64,000 nucleotides of DNA. It comes from Chrysomallon squamiferum (taxonomy: Eukaryota > Animalia > Mollusca). The stretch is from contig CM022665.1 in the NCBI GenBank assembly GCA_012295275.1, forward strand, positions 31,372,001-31,436,000, written 5' to 3'. The position numbers were made by a program, and so were the translations under genes. Shown here piece after piece: positions 55,611 through 64,000 of this stretch. The first letter of the stretch is position 1. Each line of letters opens with the position of its first letter. Under the pieces are notes generated by a model, which worked only from the letters and a program-made list of their open reading frames with translations, searched no databases and was not told the DNA's origin.

Positions 55611-56847
55611 CTGAAAATGACAAAAAATTAAATTCATATTTGATATCATTGAATCAAATTAATAATGTATTAATTAAATATAGAAGTCTTGTAAAATACT
55701 GAAACAAACTCATTAAATATGTACCATTAGTAAATTCATGAACTCTCATTATATTATTTATTCATGCACACACACATACATACAAAACCCCAACCAAAAA
55801 CCTTCCCATATATTTCAATGGTATTAAATAGCATTTTACCAAATTCAGGCAATAAATGATTAATTAATTCACACCCATCATACAATAAAATAAAACACAC
55901 TTTCAGGATTACCAAAAAATTTCACTATGATGAATATATATAAATAGATACTAACAAAATGACACACGAGCGCTTATATTTTTTTCTCCTTCCTTTATCA
56001 TTCAGGATTATTTTCTTGCCATTGTAATTGTTATTAAATATGTAGACAGACATATGAACCCCTACTTTCATTTTTCTGTACCTTGCTAAATAGTTGAAGA
56101 TTACATCAAATTCCTGCCACGATGTTGTAAATTTAGTGAAACAGATTGTAGTTTTCAATTATTATCAAGTGTTTAAGTATGTGCATATCAGACATTGCTT
56201 GCTCTGCCCACATAAATATACTTGAAAAGATTACAACTTCATGCTTAGTTTATACTATGTGAGTACAAAATAACCTCTTCTATAAATAGGAAAAAATAAA
56301 TAGAGATTTTATATGATCTTAAGAGTAATGAAAACTAAACAACACCTTCAAACACCCCCCAAAAAAGAAAAAAGAAGATATATAAATAAAATAAATAAAA
56401 ATAAAAACAAAGGAAGAAAGTAAAAGCCTTGACACTCCATAACAATGTAAAAGATTTTTGTTGTTGTTTTATTCAAATGATTAAATTATTGAAATGTGTT
56501 ACCTACATTTTAATTTTACAGCATTAGGAAGAATACAAAATGTTTATAACCTAAACTGATCAAAAGGAACCAAAGATATATTTAACTGATGATATTATAA
56601 TTATCAAGGAAACCAGCTGTCATCATTCATTCCATGGGTATTTTTATTGATAAGCAGCAAAATATTTTTAATTTATAAGTACCTTCTCATAAATAATAAA
56701 GTATATACCATAACCTTTAAAAGAAGTGGCTGGAATGGGGAAAAGCTAAATGGAACAGAACACCAAACTGTTCAGGGAAGTGATATATATTTAATGTTTG
56801 ATACCTAAACTTATTTTAAGATTGACTCTGATTCTCCCTCTCTGTCC

Positions 56848-56880
56848 CACTCACTCACACACTCACACTCACTCACTCAC

Positions 56881-56978
<98 letters not shown>

Positions 56979-56992
56979 TCACACAGACACAC
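56848..56992. repeat. Compound (CACT)n-(CT)n-(CA)n microsatellite
   Basis: Direct reading. Confidence 0.95.
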
Positions 56993-57360
56993 AGGCACTT
57001 TCTTTCCTTTTTTATTTATTATTTTTTTAAATAATTTTCTTTACTACATTTATATATCTTTGGGATACAAGTCTAAGAAATACTGGAATCTCTAATTAGC
57101 TATGTATTTTATCTGTTAAAACATATACTGTATGTTTTCACAATTCTGTTTCACCTACAAGCTACCTGAAAACAAACACAACTCATATATTGTATTACCA
57201 AATCCAAAAATAATTCACTGATATAAAACAGGAATCTTATACAAGATGATAACTCCTGCACTTCATGTGCTGTAAGAAATATGACACATCTACACGACAC
57301 AAATATGTGATTATACATCCAAAACTTTAACAACTTAGTGACATAATAAGATTAATGAAT

Positions 57361-57545
57361 GAAGAAAGTGAGAAAGAAAAACATATTTTATTTAAGTCAT
57401 TTTAACAAATGGTTATGCTGCATTATAGGACCTTACAGATAATGCAAGAAAGGAAATCTGTAGTTGCTATGCCAAAGGCTATTCTTTTTCAGTTAGCAGC
57501 AAGTGATCATGTATGTGCATCTTCCCACAGACATAAAAATACAAT
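57361..57545 (+). mobile_element. Decayed short interspersed repeat copy (related fragments near 23790-23873, 32980-33050, 52415-52510 on the minus strand, and 53155-53215)
   Basis: Motifs shared between fragments: aagaaa..ttttatttaa, ggttat, ccacagaca, gatagcacatacca, cctttgat. Confidence 0.5.
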
Positions 57546-57865
57546 ATCTGTGCAATAAGTCCAGATCCTGTAACCCAGCATACCTGACCCATGTACTCTA
57601 ACCCCTGGGGCTAAATTTCAGTATTAAACCTTTATTCAGATTATATAAACTATATATACAGTTGATTAACTAATGTGTAGAATAAATGAAACTACTTATT
57701 AAATAGAATGGACACATTTATGGGTAGAAATGACATCATAATTTACTATGAAAACTGTTATAGAATGTATGACTTACTTGTTAAAACATTTCTGTCTATT
57801 CAGTATTCATGACATTTGATGTGTACATTATTAGTTTATAATATTTATATTATGAATTATGAAGG

Positions 57866-57917
<52 letters not shown>

Positions 57918-60900
57918 TACCTGCACACAGACATACATATATACATCTGCAAAAAAATGAATCAGATATTATTGTTTATGAATAGCCTTTTCCCTTTATT
58001 TTCTCTTTTAAAATATACACATACAATACACAAATATACTAACGTAGAAATATTTTCATTTATTTATTTATATATTGTTATTGTTATTATTATTATTATT
58101 GAAATCGTTATGAATCAGAAATAAAAGGTTGTTGTTTTAAACTGAATTTAAAAAACAATTTTAAAAAAATGTACCCAATCCTAAGTAAACAAAAACAGTT
58201 TAAAAATAAGTAGTTAGTTACTTTTATATGTATTTTTACTCATCACTTGTCACTAACAGCTGTCTGCTCATTCACTAATAAAAGAAACTTAAAATAGAGT
58301 CAAGTGTTAAACCTTATTTCTCTTACTCCACCACAGAAACTTGCCTTTGGGAAACCATCAAAAATACAACTTTCTTTCATTATGTTTAGCAGAATGTACA
58401 TGGGTTCTAAAGATGTTATGTACAACTTTGTATCATGGATGGACAGACAGACATTAAAAACGATATAACTGATCATCATAATATGCCAAAAATGTAATAT
58501 TTTTCTTTTCTCAAGATGTGTTTTTGCAGCTATGTGTCGTGGATAGATAGACATTAAAACAGACAAAACCAGAAAACTGTAAAATACAAGTTTCTTTTAA
58601 TACATGTACCTGAATATAAAGTGGGTTCTCTATAATATGGCATTATGGAGGGACAATCATACATTTAAAAAATAGAGATTACAGAATATGTATGGTGTTC
58701 CATAGATGCTGTTACTATAATTTCCTGTCATCTGATGGACAAATAAAATATACAATATCTACCATCAAGAAAAGTTCATGTTAATTTAATTGAAAAGTCC
58801 ATTAAACAATCATACTGCATTCTCTAAAGATGTACATAATTTACTGCCAGTATATTTTAATCAGTATTATTTCTTCTAGTGCCCTACAGATCTTCTAATT
58901 TCACATGTTGACAATTCCTATCAGTGTAATTCAGTTTATCCAACTGAAGCTGACAACTGATTTTAGTTATGTAATTCTGTTTATTATTATGAAATGTAAA
59001 ATATTACACTGGTACCAATGCTATTTCTTTCTTTATATTTCTGAAAACAAACTATATAATTTACTATAAAGTGATCAGAGGTCAACAAAATATCACTAGT
59101 TGTTGTTTTGTAATGTCCCTTGAGAGAATATTCTATTTTGTATATTTCTTCAAAAAATAAAAAATAAGAACAGGTTCTTCAGCCATTTTCATTTATCAGT
59201 CTGACTTAAGGAATCATGTAGAAAATCTTGAGCTGTTAACAAGACTGTGAAAGTAAAACTGATGTTATCATAAGAATAATGAGTTTGTGTCAGAATTCTG
59301 ACAGTGGTGATGTGACAGAGATTTAAAACAATTCTAAACATAAAGGTAATTAACCTGGAGAACATGTACCAATATTCTGACTAGCTGTTCTGCTATTTCT
59401 CATAACATGCAACAACTGCCAGGTTCTGTCAACACTGACAATACCCAGCAACAGGCTGATGGCCATTCAGAAGAAAGCAGTAGAAAAAAAAAGTCATTGT
59501 AAGTGCTTTCCTGTCTATAGGAAGGTACATGTGAAGATGCAGTGTTGCTAATGAATAAGAATAGCTCAGATCCAGCAGCAGTGACATTACTCTTGTATTT
59601 TTAAATTATAATATATAAAAAGTGACAGGCATATAATAATCATTTATATTAAAATGTGTTGAGGTTATTTTAAACACATATTCATTCATTGTGTAACATG
59701 GGCTTGTTTAGGAATCTAATATGTTTTTGTAATTCATTTATTTTGAAAGATATATATATATATATATATTTGTAGTTCTTAAGTTCAGAAATAAGGTGTT
59801 CAGGAATGCAACAAGAACAAAATTGATTTTTAGAAGTCTATTAAAAAGATCCATAATCAGAAGAAATTAAATAAAAAAACTGGATATTTAGAACAATTTA
59901 TCATTAGGCATTAGACTGTTGTAGTACACAGTTTTAAAATCTAAGAATTTCAGAATAATTTGTTATAATTTTACATCTATCTATATATCTAGTATCTCAT
60001 CAGATATAAATAATTATTTCTATATGGTGCAAATTTAAAAAAATATATTTTGTTTCTTTAATTTAAGCATAATACAAGAAGGGATAAAACTTAAGGGCAG
60101 TAACAATCTGAAACAACGAAACATTTTTTATTTTTTTTTAAACTCAAAACATCTGTTATTGTTATCCAGAGTTTTCTGGAAGTTATTAAAAGTGCAAAAT
60201 ACTTAACATTATTTATGCATTTGAAAGTTTAAAAAAAATATATATATGCCAGCAAGAATTGCAAAAACACTTGAAGACATTTACACATATGGTTTCCTTC
60301 TGTTCATAATGCAAATTTTTTTTAAATTCCAGTTTTAATGTATGGCACAAACAGCTACAGGTAGCGGTTAAACTAGAGAACAAAAGTTCAGTTTAGTTCT
60401 ATTTGTATTGTTGCATAGTCTACATGCTGTTTTAAATACATTTTAGAGTTCTGTACAAAATTCCATGCAGTTCTATACAGACAATATGTTTAAGTATTAT
60501 AACAAATGTAAAACATTATAATTTCCTGTATGATTCAATTATGCTTTTCATACTCGGCTAGTGTTTTAGTACACTATTGTTTCGAAACACTATCTATAAT
60601 GGTTTTAGTTAACTACTTTTTTCTTCTAAAAACATGTTTGTTTGAAAATGTCACAATGACCTCTTGGTAAAGTTATGTAAAAAAAAAAAAAAAAAAAAAA
60701 AAAAGGAAGAATGAGGATTTTGAAATAAAGCTGTTGAAAATCTGTATTTCCAAAAACACAAAGCCACTAAATATACAAAAGTATTAATTGTGGAGAATTT
60801 CAGCCCACAAATATTTGAAATTTAAATTTATATTATCTAAATTAGATGAAAAAACATAGGTAATGTGTTTTTTTGTTCTTTTATTTAAAAAAAAAAAAAT

Positions 60901-63359
60901 AAAAAATTATTTAAACGTTGCCACCTATTCAATGTATAAAAAGTAAAATTTTAACAAATCTAGAAATAAACAATATTTAAAATGACATATACAGTAAAGA
61001 ATATCAGCATGTAGCAAGTTAATTAGTCAGATAATGGGATGGAATATTCATATTTTTATGTGTATACTTTCTAGAAAACAATGTGCTATATTTCACAAAA
61101 AACAACAACAGAAAAACAAAATACACAGAAGTAAACCAACCAACAAACAAACAAAAATCATAACAAAATATGGCAAATTCACATTCATTATACTTTTGTA
61201 GCCAGTTTATTAAGTTGGTGAATGACAACAATTTGCACATTCTAGACCTATATCAGTATAAACTACATATTTATGTTCACTGCTTATTTGTTGGGGCAAT
61301 TTAAGAAAACAGCATGATTGAAAATTAATCTGTACCATGCTTTGTTTACAGCATTCCAAACAAAACAAGTCTTCAAGTGTGTTCTTGTTTTGAAGATGGT
61401 TTCTTCCTCTTTTTTTTGTGTGTACATAATGCAAAAAGTCTGTCAAAATAAGAATATGCATTTGTTACTTTTCCAAGACCATTTTGTTCTTTGGCAAAAA
61501 TGATAGCACACATTCCAAGAACTGACAGAAACATTCTGCCAGAGTAAGTATAGCCACTGGTATTTGACCATGAAGAAACAGGTGGAGTAAGATACAGACA
61601 ATACTGTATACGTCTACTTTGATTATAGCATCTGTTCTTAACAGTAAATAACCATGCTGTCAGTCAGACATATGCTTGCATATCTCTCTATAATATTTAT
61701 ATATTTCACTGAATATTTATGTTTAGTATCATGCTTTCTTTTCAGTCTTCAGAATACATGCATACACATTTATGAACATAGAAAGAGAGAGAATTAGACG
61801 AGAAATAGATATTTAAGAGAGAAAGAGAGAGAGAGAAATTAACAGACACAAATTATGGAACCTAAAAGAAAACATCTGAAATGAAAATCAAACTGAAAAC
61901 ATGAATTTACCATTTTAAGAAACATATTATAAATCTTCCTTGACTACTAAAAGAAGATCGTTAATTGTGCACAAGCAGTGTATTTTCTTTTTCTTTCTTG
62001 ACTTAATGTTTAGAACTGAACAAACCTGTGTTACCACTAATTTAATTACTTAATATCTGTCTCTCACAATTTTCAGAAGACAACATCACTACTTCAAAAC
62101 CATGACAGCTACTGTAATTACCCTACTTTAAACCTTGACACTGAATGGATTTACTGTTGAAGTTATTACAGTAATAACATGCAGAATATATGGTTATTTT
62201 TCTTCATATTAAACATTTTCAACTCCATTAACAATTCCACTTACTTTTTTATATTACAGAATATAAACACATGCTATATTTCTGCATCTTATCTTGACAT
62301 CTGCAGCAGTTAATTAAGGTGAATTATATACTGTTCACATATATTCTAAATAATATTAGCAAATTAATATTACTTCTTGGTTTAAATTCCAAATGTTCAG
62401 AGAAATTATAAATATTTTATGTTTTTGTTTTTAGACCTATAGATACTTTTTTATGGTATTTCTGATTGTTAATTCTCTAAACATTACAGTAATTTAAGAT
62501 CAAGAAATGTAACTCAAAATAATGAACATATACATGTGTTTGTGAAATATACTAAGAATATTAAGTCTGCATCATAAAGATATAGTTCATTACAAACCAC
62601 TTGTGAAGTTTCTGTATTATTAATAAGAAAGAATATTTTAAACAGTAAATGAATGAGACACAAACAAAATCAGCCTATAAGTAATATTAAATATAATTAA
62701 TAAAATACAATAGTAAAATAATTTTTTTAATTATACAAAATAATAATTATTAATGTTGTTGTTATTATTATTATTATCATTATTATCATTACCATTTTTC
62801 AGAAATTTCTTTTTGATCTCTCTAAGTCTACTGTCTGGAAAGAAAATATTTTTAAATATTTGATTTTGAAAAAATAATCTTTCACAACACATGGATACAG
62901 ATAACTTAAATACAAAAGTTCAAAAACAAAACAGAACAATGAAGTTTTTGAATAACTGTCTTGCAATATTAACTATCCACAAACTTTTGTGTAGTAATAA
63001 ATTCCATAGCAAGTAAATTAATAACTTTGTTTAATAAATGACATTTTATTTTGTTCATGCCAAACATTAATTAATTTTTCTGGTGTAATTTAAAAATTTT
63101 GATTTATAGTATCCCAAACAGTATAAAATATACAAGTATTTTCATTTGCTGTATTAATAACCATATAGCAATGATTCCTACACTGCTTTAGTAGTGGAAA
63201 TTATTTTTAACCTGTAACAGTAAATGATTACTGAGAATATGGAGTATTATAAAAACAACTAAATATAAATCTACAAGGACATACAATGAAAAGTAACTTG
63301 CATATGGCACTTTAAAAAATATGTAGTAAAACAAAAATATAATAAATAAAAATTATTAC

Positions 63360-63470
63360 ATTTTTCAGCATCCAGATCCCAAATGCCATAATGCAGGCAA
63401 TGAAACAAAGGAAGGCAAGAGACATCAATGCTGTCACTGCAGTCACCACAGCCATCACATCATCAGCCAT
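63360..63470 (-). CDS. Putative alternative first exon encoding a transmembrane signal-anchor (or a nested small membrane-protein ORF)
   Basis: ccaagATGG; MADDVMAVVTAVTALMSLAFLCFIACIMAFGIWMLKN; AAT|gtaata donor exactly where GC-richer sequence gives way to AT-rich sequence; phase 0 matches the acceptor at 55610. Confidence 0.5.
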
Positions 63471-64000
63471 CTTGGAAATTGGTGCAAACTTGGCAATTTG
63501 AAAATGTGAAACAACCATCAAGGTAAAGCTCTGTTTTTCATTTAGGAAATAAATACCAAGTTAGGAAGAAAGTCTGTAACAGACTGTTAATAGAAGAATA
63601 TGAAGTTTCATAATATTTTTAACACTTTGACTGAAGTTTGTTCAGAATAACATTTTTCAGGCTCAGTCAAATAATAACACTTTTTTTATTTATAAAAACT
63701 TAAGAATCCACATATGATGACAGTAACTTATAGCAGATTATCCTTTCAGTGAATTCTAGTTATAACTGAAAAATGAAATACAAACTGAAAATACATCTGA
63801 TTCAGTTAAATGATGCCAGAAATGCATCAGTGACATTTTGCAGGAGGCATAGAAGTGAAACACATGAATAATGAAAGACAAGTAATGCTGCAAGAAGTGA
63901 AATTCAGCCCAAAGATTTGCAGGTGTGAATGTGCAAACAATAACTTATGTATTTCTCTTGATGACTATTCCAATGCAGTGAGTGGTATCATCTGATGAGA

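Noticed and set aside
58327-58554. 76-codon ORF ending at GGA|gtaaga in phase 0
   Set aside because: Intron-like AT composition, poor start context and a random-looking peptide; kept only as a weak possibility.

Overview
Very AT-rich, CpG-depleted, microsatellite-laden animal genomic DNA, probably a lophotrochozoan invertebrate such as a mollusc (inference, not established). The whole window lies inside one minus-strand gene, a dystrophin (DMD/utrophin family) orthologue. I reconstructed by hand 13 constitutive GT-AG exons (55610 down to 14870, about 822 codons of spectrin-repeat rod including hinge 3). They correspond to human DMD exons 41-55 with continuous splice phases, and seven have exactly the human lengths as I recall them. 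The exon 41+42 equivalent lacks one base, giving an apparent frameshift. The main discovery candidate is a set of short intronic ATG-to-donor units in the long introns, each in the phase needed to splice onto the next rod exon. These look like alternative first exons for N-terminally truncated dystrophins. One sits in the Dp116/G-utrophin intron position, one in the Dp140 position, and one encodes a transmembrane signal-anchor, which would give a membrane-tethered dystrophin. A 129-nt in-frame extra exon with an internal hairpin, CAGGTA clusters, recent tandem duplications and a long intronic hairpin are also present. Most entries in the ORF track are spurious low-complexity ORFs. Human exon comparisons are from memory, not from a run alignment.
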